Origin: a bacterium
Lineage (GTDB): Bacteria; Cyanobacteriota; Vampirovibrionia; Gastranaerophilales; JBAXKC01
NCBI GenBank assembly: GCA_037137535.1
Contig: JBAXKC010000014.1
Span: 1-61,722, forward strand
Length of the DNA: 61,722 bases
Reading direction: 5' to 3'
The notes under the pieces were generated by a model. It saw only the letters and a list, made by a program, of their open reading frames with translations. It was not told where the DNA came from and did not search any database. The position numbers and the translations under genes are program-made. This document shows, in pieces, positions 1 to 10,260 of the stretch; position 1 is the stretch's first letter, and each line of letters opens with the position of its first letter.

Positions 1-154
1 CTTGTTATTCTTCATTATTTTATCCTAGCATGTTAATCACGCTAGTCTAGAGCCAAAATAAATATGTGTGAAAAATCTGTGATATATAGAGTTTTCTATA
101 AAATATCAGTTTTATAAATTTAGTTTTAGCAATTTATAAACTGAGTAAGAATAT

Positions 155-1375
155 TTATTCTGATAATTGTTTATAAAGTTCGACGATATTTCCACTTTCA
201 CAAAAAGCATTTGTACCTATATTATAAAAATATTTTGAATTTGGAGAATTCTTAGAAGGTTTGTCGTCAAAAGATTTATAAATGATATCTTTAATTAAAT
301 TAAATTGTTCATTAATTTGCATTTTTTCAAAATTTGTTGATAGTTCTTTTCTTGCAATTATTTTATCTTTTTGAATGTCACTTAGAGCTCTTTGTTGTTG
401 CATATTACTATATTTATAAACAGCGGAATTGTTTAATAAATCTTTAAATTTTTGATTTAAACCGTCAATTTCAACAATACCGTCCCTGATTAATTCTGCA
501 AATAAAGCTGTTTTAATAATAAGCCATTTATCTTCAGGATTGATATATTTTGAAATTTGAATATTAAAATCAGCTGCTTCAATATAATCTTTATTTGGTG
601 TTTCAATATTAGTTTTAAATTTATTTAAAATATTGTTAATTTCATTTGTATCTTGAGTTTTAAGATATTGAGTAAATGCAATATTTGATTTTTCAACACC
701 TTCTTTAATTTCTTCAAGTGACATAACTTCGGGTAGTTCAGTAACATTTGTTGAAAGAATTCTTTGATCAATATTTTTACTTAAAAGCCATCTATAGTAA
801 GGAGCTTTCTTTTTTGCATCAGGAGAGTCAATTACAAAAATCATTCCATCACAGTCGCTACCAGGGAATGGCATTTTTTGTCCAACAGATGAATTTTTAT
901 CATATCCCATAAATAAAATTTCAAAATTTTCTCGTTCTGCAATTGCATTTATTCCATTTAATGCTTCCCTAACCATATTGGAGGATACTTTATCAAATTT
1001 AGGAAATCCTGTTTTTTCTTTAAAAGCAGATATAAATGCTTTTTTATCTTTATCTGTTTTTAGTGTCTCAAAAAAATTATCTAATTTTTTTATTCCTACT
1101 TGATTTTTTTTAGATACTTCTTTGTTCTCTTCTGGTAAATATTCCCAATAAAATGCATTTTCATATTTTATATCGTCAAAAAAAGAGTTAATTTTTTTAG
1201 AAATATCTAATTCTGACATATTTCTAAAAGATATATTATAAGATTTTAAAGTAGATAAAGGAGGATAGTTTAAATGTGCTTTGGTTAAATGACTACTTGG
1301 AGTAAGTATTGTATGTTCTTTCTTTTTTAGAGAAGGCTTTGCTAAGTTATATTTATTATTTTTAGTTATAAGCAA
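155..1375 (-). CDS. Hypothetical protein with a possible Pol-beta-type nucleotidyltransferase motif
   Basis: 406-aa ORF, TTG start after GGAG; contains SSVGQKMPFPGSDCDGMIFV, resembling the S/GS-x(n)-DhD motif. Confidence 0.5.
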   Translation of the reverse strand: MLITKNNKYNLAKPSLKKKEHTILTPSSHLTKAHLNYPPLSTLKSYNISFRNMSELDISKKINSFFDDIKYENAFYWEYLPEENKEVSKKNQVGIKKLDNFFETLKTDKDKKAFISAFKEKTGFPKFDKVSSNMVREALNGINAIAERENFEILFMGYDKNSSVGQKMPFPGSDCDGMIFVIDSPDAKKKAPYYRWLLSKNIDQRILSTNVTELPEVMSLEEIKEGVEKSNIAFTQYLKTQDTNEINNILNKFKTNIETPNKDYIEAADFNIQISKYINPEDKWLIIKTALFAELIRDGIVEIDGLNQKFKDLLNNSAVYKYSNMQQQRALSDIQKDKIIARKELSTNFEKMQINEQFNLIKDIIYKSFDDKPSKNSPNSKYFYNIGTNAFCESGNIVELYKQLSE

Positions 1376-1607
1376 TTTAAAAGCTCCTTGTGCATATTAT
1401 TAATTATTTAAAAGGTTTAAATATAAAAAATTGCTAATGAGAATACAAAAAATTAAATTATTTTAGTAAATTTAATAAATTTGAGGCAGATTTTAAATTT
1501 AAACTTAAACATTTTATTAAGAAATTAAATTAATAATAAATTTAATAATTAAGGATAGCAATTTTTTTAATAAAAATGTTTTTATATATTTAATATATAT
1601 TTTTTGC

Positions 1608-2558
1608 GTGCTTGAATACGGGGATTTTATTATGACTTACATAAATAATTATAAAGAGTTTACCAATTTAAAAAATTGTAAAAATGATAATATGGCAAAT
1701 GCGAGTTTTAATTCAGTGCCTCACGAATTAAATAAATTGCCAAAAGATTTTCTTTTTCCAAAGCATGATTTAAAGCAAAAAAACTTAATTGCGTTAAATT
1801 CATTTATGCAAAATCAGCTTTATGAAGATGCTTTCTCCGAATGTTTTGAGCCGCATGTTTTAACAAGTCGTAGCCCTAAAAAGGATCTTGAAGTGGGTGA
1901 CTTTATAGTTAAAACTCAAGAGTTGAAAAAAGAGGAAAAACAGGAAACTTTAAAAAACGCAAAATCGGCAAAAAATCTTTTTGAAGAAAAAACAGAAGAT
2001 ATTGAGAAAAACGTAATTGATAATCCTCCGCAGAAAAAGGAGCAAGCCCCCGTTAAAAATAAAGGTTTTGTTCTTACGTCAAATCAATCGACAGTAAAGG
2101 AAGAACAAAAGAAACAGGAATTAACCGAAAAAATAAATTTTGCAGATGAACCAAAATTAAAAGAGGAGGAAAAACACACTACTGAATTGAAAAAACAGGA
2201 ACTGCAAGCAGAAAAGCAAAACATTGTTTTACATCATGACAATAAAGCCGCAGAAAAGCAGGTAGGCGATTTTCTTAATGCGCAGAAATTTGCCAAAGAA
2301 GAAAATAAAAAATTGCAGGAAAAAGAAAAAGCAAAAAAAGAAGCCTTTGAATCTTTAGAAAAAATAGGAGAAGAGAGAAAAAAGATAAAACGTAAAAGAA
2401 AAGGCGGTCAAAATAACAGCCTTGCCAATGAAGCAGAGAAAGAAGACAAAAAAACAGTTAAAAAGCTGATACATATTGCAACAGCAAATCCATTATTTTT
2501 AATAATGCTTTTAATTTTAATAATAGCCACTCTTTGTGTTGGAATTTATTTGTCTTAA
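1608..2558 (+). CDS. Hypothetical K/E-rich coiled-coil protein with C-terminal membrane anchor
   Basis: Highly charged ORF ending in the hydrophobic helix PLFLIMLLILIIATLCVGIYLS; start may be the ATG at 1632. Confidence 0.6.
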   Translation: MLEYGDFIMTYINNYKEFTNLKNCKNDNMANASFNSVPHELNKLPKDFLFPKHDLKQKNLIALNSFMQNQLYEDAFSECFEPHVLTSRSPKKDLEVGDFIVKTQELKKEEKQETLKNAKSAKNLFEEKTEDIEKNVIDNPPQKKEQAPVKNKGFVLTSNQSTVKEEQKKQELTEKINFADEPKLKEEEKHTTELKKQELQAEKQNIVLHHDNKAAEKQVGDFLNAQKFAKEENKKLQEKEKAKKEAFESLEKIGEERKKIKRKRKGGQNNSLANEAEKEDKKTVKKLIHIATANPLFLIMLLILIIATLCVGIYLS

Positions 2559-2594
2559 ACTTTTCAATATGATTATAAAGTTGGAATTAATAAA

Positions 2595-3248
2595 ATGAAA
2601 AAAGTGTTTGCCCCAGGATGTGCATTAATACTCTATAAGCCTGATTTGGTAGAGAAAATAAATCAATTATTGAATGACAATGTTGAATATATGGATAGAT
2701 TTGATATTTGTTGTAGAAATAAGGCTGAATTTGATATGCCGACACAAATAGTTAATATTTGTTCGGGATGTAATAAAAGATATAGAAAAGATTATCCTAA
2801 TGTGGAAACAATTTCTATATGGGAGATTATAGCAGAAAGTGATTTTTTAAAGTTCCCTGATTATCATGGAATTAAAATGAGCATTCATGATCCTTGTGAT
2901 TTTCGTACTGAGCCAAAAATTCATGCTGCTGTCAGAAAAATTTTAAAAAAAATGAATATAGAAATTGTTGAAGCTGAAAAAAGTAAAAATAAAAGCGTTT
3001 GCTGCGGTGATAGCTCTTGGGGTGTATTACCCACTTCAAAAGTAAAAGAAAAGATGCAGGAAAGAGCATCACAAATGCCTGAAGATAATGTTTTAGTTTA
3101 TTGTGTCAGTTGTATTAAATCAATGCATATCGGTGGTAAAACTCCTTTTTATTTAGTGGATCTTGTTTTTGGAGAAGAAACCATAATAGGCACTTATGAG
3201 CCGGATGACTGGCATAGAGAACTTGAGGAATTTATAAAAACGCACTAA
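2595..3248 (+). CDS. Cysteine-rich CCG-domain Fe-S binding protein
   Basis: PGC, CC, CSGC, HDPC, CCG and CVSC motifs typical of two CCG domains. Confidence 0.8.
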   Translation: MKKVFAPGCALILYKPDLVEKINQLLNDNVEYMDRFDICCRNKAEFDMPTQIVNICSGCNKRYRKDYPNVETISIWEIIAESDFLKFPDYHGIKMSIHDPCDFRTEPKIHAAVRKILKKMNIEIVEAEKSKNKSVCCGDSSWGVLPTSKVKEKMQERASQMPEDNVLVYCVSCIKSMHIGGKTPFYLVDLVFGEETIIGTYEPDDWHRELEEFIKTH

Positions 3249-3267
3249 TTCTTTATATTAGTGCGTT
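3239..3267. terminator. Bidirectional intrinsic terminator between the CCG gene and mnmG
   Basis: Inverted repeat aacgcactaat...attagtgcgtt between convergent genes. Confidence 0.6.
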
Positions 3268-3282
3268 AAAAAAAATAATAAG

Positions 3283-5163
3283 TTAAACTTCTTGAGGCCG
3301 TTTTCTTCTCAGAGCTTCAATATAAACTAATAGCACCGAAATATCGGCAGGGTTTACCCCTCCTATTCTTGAAGCCTGAGCAAGCGTCTTAGGTTTTATT
3401 TTAGTTAGTTTTTCTCTTGCTTCTCTCGGTAATTGTTCGATTGCCATATAGTCAATATCATCGGGAATATGCATTTTTTCAAATTTATCAGCCTGTTCTA
3501 TCTGATGATTTTGTCTTTCTATGTATCCTGCATATTTTATTTCAACTTCAACCTGTTCTGTAATTTCTTTCGGCAGATTTAAGTTTTGGGTTTCGTTATC
3601 TAGTTTTTTAATTGTTTCATAAAGTACGTTAGGACGTTTTAAAAGGTCATCAGCTCTCATTCCAAGTGATATATTTTCTTCATATTCCGCTAAAATAGAG
3701 TTATTTTCATCGTTAGCAGCTATTTTTAACAGGCTTAATCTTTGTTTTTCTTGTGCTATCATTTCCTGTTTTTTTAAGAAATTTTCCCATCTTTGTTGTG
3801 AAATAAGTCCGACTTCGTAGCCAATAGGAGTTAATCTTGTATCAGCATTATCTTGCCTTAATATCAGACGATATTCCGATCTTGACGTCAACATTCTGTA
3901 TGGTTCATCAATGTCTTTGGTTACAAGATCATCTATTAACGTGCCAATATAAGAGCTGCTGCGAGATAATGTAATCATTGGCTTGTCCTGTACATGTTTG
4001 GCTGCGTTAATCCCTGCGACAAGACCTTGAGCTGCGGCTTCTTCGTATCCGCTTGTTCCGTTTATTTGTCCTGCACAGAATAATCCTTTTATTTTCTTTG
4101 TCATAAGTGTATGATTTAACTGAACGGCAGGAACATAGTCATATTCAACCGCATAAGCAGGTTTTAAGATTTTTACATTTTCAAGACCGGGTAAAGATTG
4201 TAGCATCTGTATCTGAACATCCGCAGGAAGGCTTGTTGAAAAGCCTTGAACATAGACTTCATAGGTGTTTCTTCCTTCGGGTTCGATAAATATATGATGC
4301 GACTCTCTATGAGCAAACCTTACGACTTTATCTTCAATAGAAGGGCAATAACGAGGCCCCGCCCCCTTAATAAGTCCTGTAAACATAGGGGATTTATCAA
4401 GATTTGCCATGATTATTTCATGAGTTTTTTTTGTTGTTCGTGTCAAATAACAGGGAATTTGAGTTTTTTCGGGTCTTTCAGGTTCAAAAGAGAAGAAGTT
4501 AAGTTCTTCATCGCCCGGCTGAATTATTAATTTTGAATAATCAATGGTTCTTCCGTCTACTCTGGCAGGAGTTCCCGTTTTTAATCTTCCTGTTCTGATT
4601 CCATGTTTTTGTAAGGATTCTGATAGGCCGTAAGCAGGGAATTCACCCGCTCTGCCAGCGGGAAAAGATTGCAGTCCTATAAATATTTTTCCGTTTAAAG
4701 ATGTTCCTGTGGTTAAAACGACTGAATTAGTCGGATATTCAATCCCCAGTTCGTCTTTAACTCCTGTTATTTTATCGTTTTCAATAATTATATCGGTTAT
4801 AGCTGTTTGTTTTATGAATAAATTTTCATGTTTTTCAAGCTCTGCTCTCATCGCCTGCATATATTCTTTTTTGTCGGATTGAGCTCTTAAGGCTCTAACC
4901 GCAGGGCCTTTACTGGAATTTAGCATTTTCATCTGAATATAAGTAGCATCGGTTACAACGCCCATCATTCCGCCAAGTGCATCTATTTCCTTGACTATAT
5001 TGGACTTTGCAGGACCTCCGATGGCAGGATTGCATGGCATTAAGGCAATATTGTCTATATTTATGGAGGTAAGGAGAACTTGTGCTCCAAGTTTTGCTGC
5101 TGCTAATGCGGCTTCGCATCCGGCATGTCCGCCACCTACAACTATTACGTCAAATTTAGTCAT
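3283..5163 (-). CDS. mnmG: tRNA uridine-5-carboxymethylaminomethyl(34) synthesis enzyme MnmG
   Basis: [13 protein letters not shown] motif, [36 protein letters not shown]. Confidence 0.98.
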   Translation of the reverse strand: MTKFDVIVVGGGHAGCEAALAAAKLGAQVLLTSINIDNIALMPCNPAIGGPAKSNIVKEIDALGGMMGVVTDATYIQMKMLNSSKGPAVRALRAQSDKKEYMQAMRAELEKHENLFIKQTAITDIIIENDKITGVKDELGIEYPTNSVVLTTGTSLNGKIFIGLQSFPAGRAGEFPAYGLSESLQKHGIRTGRLKTGTPARVDGRTIDYSKLIIQPGDEELNFFSFEPERPEKTQIPCYLTRTTKKTHEIIMANLDKSPMFTGLIKGAGPRYCPSIEDKVVRFAHRESHHIFIEPEGRNTYEVYVQGFSTSLPADVQIQMLQSLPGLENVKILKPAYAVEYDYVPAVQLNHTLMTKKIKGLFCAGQINGTSGYEEAAAQGLVAGINAAKHVQDKPMITLSRSSSYIGTLIDDLVTKDIDEPYRMLTSRSEYRLILRQDNADTRLTPIGYEVGLISQQRWENFLKKQEMIAQEKQRLSLLKIAANDENNSILAEYEENISLGMRADDLLKRPNVLYETIKKLDNETQNLNLPKEITEQVEVEIKYAGYIERQNHQIEQADKFEKMHIPDDIDYMAIEQLPREAREKLTKIKPKTLAQASRIGGVNPADISVLLVYIEALRRKRPQEV

Positions 5164-6082
5164 GATATTTTTTTACAACTTCCTCGCAAATTTCTTCACT
5201 ATTCATTTTATCAATAAAAAACCAGTTGATGTTTTTGTTTGCTCTAAACCATGTAAGTTGTCGCTTTGCATAGTTTCGGCTGTTTTTTTGTATTTTTTCA
5301 ATCATCTCGTCATAGGTTAAAATTTCGTCAAAATACTCGCAAATTTCCCTGTAACCCAAGGTTTTTAATAGAGAAACCGTTCTTCCGTATTTTTTTATAA
5401 GGTTTTCAACTTCTTCTATCATTCCGTCCTGCATCATTATATGGACTCTGCGGTTTATTCTTTCATAGAGATATTCTCTATCAGATGCGTTAAGTCCTAT
5501 ATATAATACGTCATACTTGTCATCGCCTTTTGTCTGAACTTTTGACATAGGCTCTCCAAGATGTTTTTGAACTTCTAATGCTCTTATTATTCTGAAAGAG
5601 TCGTTGGGATGAAGTTTTGTCGCCATATCAGGGTCAGATTTTGAAAGTATTTCATGAAGGCGTTCTCTTCCTTCGGTTTCGGAAATAATTCTTAATTCTT
5701 CTCTATATTCAACATCGGGGGTAACGTCGGGAATATTAAGCCCTTCTATCAAGGCTTTAATGTAAAAACCTGTCCCTCCGCAGATTATAGGAATATTTCC
5801 TCTCGAGGATATTTCCTGAATGGCTGTTTCAGCTTGCCTTACGTATTTTTCAACGGTAAAATCCTCTGTCGGGCTTACAACGTCAATTAAATAATGTGAA
5901 GCACGAGAGAGTTCTTCTGCATTTGGTTTTGCAGTTCCTATATTGAAATCACGGTATACAAGCCTTGAATCAGCAGAAATAATCTCTCCTCCAACTTGTT
6001 TTGCAAGTCTGAGAGAAATATCCGTTTTACCTGATGCAGTCGGACCTGTGATAGCTATTAATTTTTTTACTGTATTTTTCAA
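5156..6082 (-). CDS. miaA: tRNA dimethylallyltransferase
   Basis: [37 protein letters not shown]. Confidence 0.97.
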   Translation of the reverse strand: MKNTVKKLIAITGPTASGKTDISLRLAKQVGGEIISADSRLVYRDFNIGTAKPNAEELSRASHYLIDVVSPTEDFTVEKYVRQAETAIQEISSRGNIPIICGGTGFYIKALIEGLNIPDVTPDVEYREELRIISETEGRERLHEILSKSDPDMATKLHPNDSFRIIRALEVQKHLGEPMSKVQTKGDDKYDVLYIGLNASDREYLYERINRRVHIMMQDGMIEEVENLIKKYGRTVSLLKTLGYREICEYFDEILTYDEMIEKIQKNSRNYAKRQLTWFRANKNINWFFIDKMNSEEICEEVVKKYHD

Positions 6083-6890
6083 GGCTCAAAAAGTTCAATA
6101 TTGTTAAGTAAACTGATATGTATATTGTAGCTAATAAGCTTAAAATTTGAAACAACGGATTTTCTCCGGCAAACATAGAACTTATTAAAATTATTGTATT
6201 GCCTATAAAGTTAGCGGAAAAAATTATAAAAGTTTCAGCAGGTTTGTTTATTACGGTTTTAACACTTTCTGCTAAAGCTTTAAAGGGATTTTTGGAATAT
6301 AAAATAATGGCTTGTGTCCAGAATATAGCTAAATATGAGCATATGACGATAAAGAAAAGTTCAATTATTCCAAGATAATATAAAGATTTATATTGAGGAT
6401 TTTTAATTAGAGCAAGGACTTCGTTATTTGTTTTTGCCTTTAACATCGAGTTTTGAAGAGAAATAACTACTTTTTCCATATTTGCTCCGCCTATAGTTAT
6501 TTTAAAGATAAGTTGAATAACCAATAGAGCAATAATTATAAAAATAAATGAAATTAATGTAACTGACACCATACTTAAAATATTTTTTTCCACACCAGGG
6601 AAAAATTCTTTGTAATTTTTAATATATTCAATAGCTTTATCTTCTTTGGAGAAGGCTTTTTTGAAAAAGAGGTTTATGTTCTTGTCAATCATTGGATACC
6701 ACCCTGCGATAAAGGCAGATGACAATAAGAATACAAATAACATAATAATTGGATTAAGAGCTAATTTGGGTGTTAAAAATATGCCGATAACCATCATATA
6801 GGTTACAAGCGGCCAGATTATGGATAAATTATCTAACATTATTTTATATGCGGTTTTTAAAGTTTCTGTTGCTTCGGTCAGTATTCCCAT
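6027..6890 (-). CDS. Multi-pass membrane protein of unknown function
   Basis: About six hydrophobic segments; 3' end overlaps the miaA start. Confidence 0.7.
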   Translation of the reverse strand: MGILTEATETLKTAYKIMLDNLSIIWPLVTYMMVIGIFLTPKLALNPIIMLFVFLLSSAFIAGWYPMIDKNINLFFKKAFSKEDKAIEYIKNYKEFFPGVEKNILSMVSVTLISFIFIIIALLVIQLIFKITIGGANMEKVVISLQNSMLKAKTNNEVLALIKNPQYKSLYYLGIIELFFIVICSYLAIFWTQAIILYSKNPFKALAESVKTVINKPAETFIIFSANFIGNTIILISSMFAGENPLFQILSLLATIYISVYLTILNFLSLEKYSKKINSYHRSDCIR

Positions 6891-7010
6891 AAAATTATAT
6901 TCCTTTATTACATTATGTGATTATATCAAATCAAAAATTGCATAAAATAGTTTGTATTTAATTTTTTTACATGTAATATCTTATGTGTAGTAATTATTTT
7001 AGGGGTTACC

Positions 7011-7652
7011 ATGTCAAAATTCAGTATATTAAAGTTTCTTTTACCTCCTGAAGAGAAAGTTTTCTACGGATTATTCGAGCAGGGCAGCGAAATTTGTAAT
7101 TCAGCCGCTAATCTTTTCTATGATGCGGTTCATAACGGATATAACGAAGAAAGATTAATAGAAGCTAAAGACTTAAAGCATAGAGCGGTTAAAAACGCTA
7201 AAGAAACTATAGCAGAGCTTAATTCAACCTTTATTACTCCTATTGAAAGAGAAGATATTCAATTTATTTCTTCACAATTAGAGAGAATGGCTAAAAAAAT
7301 CATTAAAGCCTTCTTTAATTTAAGAGTTTATAAATTTGAAACTCACGATGAAACTGTAAGAAAGCAAGCAGAAACTTTAGTTCAGGCAACAAATGAATTG
7401 AAAATTCTTGTAGCTATGCTTAAATCTCATGGAAATATTAAAGAAGTTTCTGAAGTAAGCAATAAAATCAAGGAAATTGAAACACATGGTGATGAAATTC
7501 TTCAAAGTGCACTTGAAGAGCTTTTCTCAGGTAAGCATGATGCTTTGACTGTTATAAAATTGAAAGATATTTATAAACAGCTTGAAAATGCTTTGGATAT
7601 ATCTTGTTGTGTATCTGATTCTATCCTTAACGTTGTATACAAGCTTAGTTAG
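7011..7652 (+). CDS. DUF47/PhoU-like Pit accessory protein
   Basis: TFITPIEREDI and ETHGD motifs; directly upstream of pit. Confidence 0.9.
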   Translation: MSKFSILKFLLPPEEKVFYGLFEQGSEICNSAANLFYDAVHNGYNEERLIEAKDLKHRAVKNAKETIAELNSTFITPIEREDIQFISSQLERMAKKIIKAFFNLRVYKFETHDETVRKQAETLVQATNELKILVAMLKSHGNIKEVSEVSNKIKEIETHGDEILQSALEELFSGKHDALTVIKLKDIYKQLENALDISCCVSDSILNVVYKLS

Positions 7653-7717
7653 CTTTTAAAACACAAAAATCTTAATGGGTTTTTGTGTTTCTATTAATAA
7701 AAGAGTGAGAATAATTT

Positions 7718-8800
7718 ATGGATTTAGCATTATTCGTATTATTTATTGTAGTAATTGCCGGTTTGGCTTTTGAATATATTAACGGTTTCCATGATTCAGC
7801 CAATGCAATTGCGACAGTAGTTTCAACAAAAGTATTAACTCCGAGGCAGGCCGTCATTTATGCGGGTTTTTTCAACCTTGTTGGTGCTTTTTCAGGTGTT
7901 GGGGTTGCTAAGACTATTTCAAGCGGATTGCTTGTTCATAGTTATGCACCGACTCAAATAGTAATATTTTGCGCATTACTTGCAGCAATAATATGGAATC
8001 TTATTACATGGGTATTTGCAATTCCCTCAAGTTCTTCCCATGCTTTAATTGGTGGACTTTTAGGTTCTGCAATGGTGGGTTCCGGTTTAGGTGCAAAGGT
8101 TGTAGATTTCTTTGGCGATCCTCATAAGGGATATTTTATTCATAAACAACTTCCGTTTTTTCATAATGTTTATCTTGAATGGCCAAAGTCAGGATTAATG
8201 GGAAAAGTAATTATACCAATGTTTCTTTCTCCTCTAATAGGGGTTATAGTTGGTTTTTTCATAATGGTTCTTTTATTGTGGATGTTTGCAAAAGCAAATC
8301 CTGAAAAAATAAATAAATGGTTTAGAAAATCACAGCTTCTTTCATCAGGAGTTATGGCTTTCAGTCATGGTTCAAACGATGCTCAGAAAACAATGGGTAT
8401 CTTGACTCTCGCTTTGCTCTCCTATGGATTTGTTCATAATAATGATATTCCAATGTATGTAGTTGCGGCCTGTGCTGTGACTATGGGGCTTGGGACAATG
8501 GCAGGCGGATGGAAAATTATTAGAACTATGGGTAGTAAGGTTATTACACTTAAACCTATTCATGGTTTTGCAGCTGAAACAGCAGCAGCAGGTGTTATAT
8601 TAACCGCATCTCATTTTGGAATGCCTATTAGTACTACTCACGTTATTTCAACTTCTATTATGGGAGTAGGAGCTACTAAAGGAGCAGGTGCTCTTAAATG
8701 GAATTTAATCAGCAGAATAGTAACGGCTTGGGTTGTTACAATCCCTGCATGTATGATTATATCAGGGCTTGCCTTCTATATAATTCAAAGAGTGTTTTAA
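7718..8800 (+). CDS. pit: Inorganic phosphate transporter, PiT family
   Basis: NGFHDSANAIAT, PSSSSHALIGG, HGSNDAQK, PISTTH. Confidence 0.95.
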   Translation: MDLALFVLFIVVIAGLAFEYINGFHDSANAIATVVSTKVLTPRQAVIYAGFFNLVGAFSGVGVAKTISSGLLVHSYAPTQIVIFCALLAAIIWNLITWVFAIPSSSSHALIGGLLGSAMVGSGLGAKVVDFFGDPHKGYFIHKQLPFFHNVYLEWPKSGLMGKVIIPMFLSPLIGVIVGFFIMVLLLWMFAKANPEKINKWFRKSQLLSSGVMAFSHGSNDAQKTMGILTLALLSYGFVHNNDIPMYVVAACAVTMGLGTMAGGWKIIRTMGSKVITLKPIHGFAAETAAAGVILTASHFGMPISTTHVISTSIMGVGATKGAGALKWNLISRIVTAWVVTIPACMIISGLAFYIIQRVF

Positions 8801-8818
8801 TAATAAAAATTTATATTT

Positions 8819-8849
8819 AAAAATCCGACCCTTATAAGGTCGGATTTTT
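8819..8849. terminator. Bidirectional intrinsic terminator
   Basis: aaaaatccgacc-loop-ggtcggattttt between convergent pit and GT9 genes. Confidence 0.7.
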
Positions 8850-9839
8850 GGTTTTTAATGGTATTTTATGATGTTCGGCTAGGTCTTCCATTTGTTCGAT
8901 AACCTGTTCAACGGTTATCAATTTCCAGTTTTCGTTGTAAATCGTTCTGTTATCGTTCGCGTTTTTTGGACCCCATTTCACCATAACAGGATAATAGAAT
9001 AAGGTTACAGTAGGTATTTTAAGTACATAGGATAAATGAGAAGGACCTGTGTCAGCGGTTATAAACATTTTGAACTTTGAAATTAAGGCAGCAAGCTGAG
9101 GAATAGAAGTTTTTGTCGTAAAATCAATGAAATCGGTTTCTCCTGATTCTCTTATTTTCTGTGCAAAATTTCTTCCTACTTTATCGCCCACAATTACTGC
9201 TTTATATTCTGTATATTTATTTATATATTGGATAAGTTTTTTAGTTTCGTCTTCATTCCAATGCTTGTCGGCATGTCTAGCACAGGGGCAAATCCCTATT
9301 AATTTTTGATTATCAGTGTTTAATTCATTTAAGGTTTTGCTTATAAATAATTCATCTTCGTCAGAATAATTAAAGCCGAAGTCATACTCTGAATTATATA
9401 GACCTAAAGGTTTTAATACTCTCATATAATGTTCGCTTACATGTATTTGCATTTTTATTTCTTCTTCGAGGTGAGGGAACTTGTCGGTTAATAAGAGACC
9501 TCGGCTGTCAGAATTTCTTCCAATTCTTTGTTTAGCACCTATTAAAAAGCTAAGTAACGCACTTCTTAAAGATTCATTTAAAATAATTGCAAGATCAGGT
9601 TTTTCTCCATAAGAAAAAGCAATTTTAAGAAGGTTTACCAGTCCTTTATGTTTTCCTTTTTTGTCGTAAACAAAAACATTGTCTACCCCTGGTAAATGAT
9701 TTGCAGTTCCTGAGCTTGCAGGAATTGTAATGTAAGTTAGTTTTGCTTGCGGATATTGTTTCTTCAGGCTTATTGTTACAGGGCTTGAGTTAATGACATC
9801 ACCAATAAAACCTAAATTTATTACAACTATTTTATTCAT
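8832..9839 (-). CDS. Glycosyltransferase family 9 (LPS heptosyltransferase-like)
   Basis: IGDVI N-terminal motif, DTGPSHL, RfaF/RfaQ-like length. Confidence 0.9.
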   Translation of the reverse strand: MNKIVVINLGFIGDVINSSPVTISLKKQYPQAKLTYITIPASSGTANHLPGVDNVFVYDKKGKHKGLVNLLKIAFSYGEKPDLAIILNESLRSALLSFLIGAKQRIGRNSDSRGLLLTDKFPHLEEEIKMQIHVSEHYMRVLKPLGLYNSEYDFGFNYSDEDELFISKTLNELNTDNQKLIGICPCARHADKHWNEDETKKLIQYINKYTEYKAVIVGDKVGRNFAQKIRESGETDFIDFTTKTSIPQLAALISKFKMFITADTGPSHLSYVLKIPTVTLFYYPVMVKWGPKNANDNRTIYNENWKLITVEQVIEQMEDLAEHHKIPLKTKNPTL

Positions 9840-10260
9840 AATTTAAAACTTTTATATAAGTACCTACCTTTTTATTATAGTTAGTAAATTTTCATTGTTA
9901 AAGTTTAAAATTTATTAATTATAAAAATAATTTAAAAAAAGTAGGTTTCTAGTAGTGATTTTGATTGAAAAATCTGTTAAAATTATCATTTATAGAGAGT
10001 GTTTTTTTCATAAATCAAAAAATCTTAAACAACCTATTAGTCTAATTATAGAGGGTTATATACATTTTGTTGTTTTATTGTTCAAATTAAAAATAAATCC
10101 TTTTTCAGAAAGAGATTTTATTTTAATAAATTATTTATTAAAATCATGCTAGTTGATAATTTGAACTGTTGTTAGGTGTAATCTGCTCAAATAGGATTGA
10201 ATCAGTAAGTGTTGTTTTGTATACGGTATTATTTGTGGAAAAGGGGGAATTACTATTTTA

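Noticed and set aside
4107-5320. Short alternative-frame ORFs over mnmG, and similar ones over hppA, gyrA, larB, queA, the pilins, fmt-like, SBP and corA genes
   Set aside because: They overlap well-supported genes and show no motifs; treated as shadow ORFs
9840-10260. Riboswitch or real ORF (9955-10152) in the long hppA leader
   Set aside because: No riboswitch consensus recognised and the ORF looks like AT-rich noise; an Rfam scan would be needed to exclude an RNA
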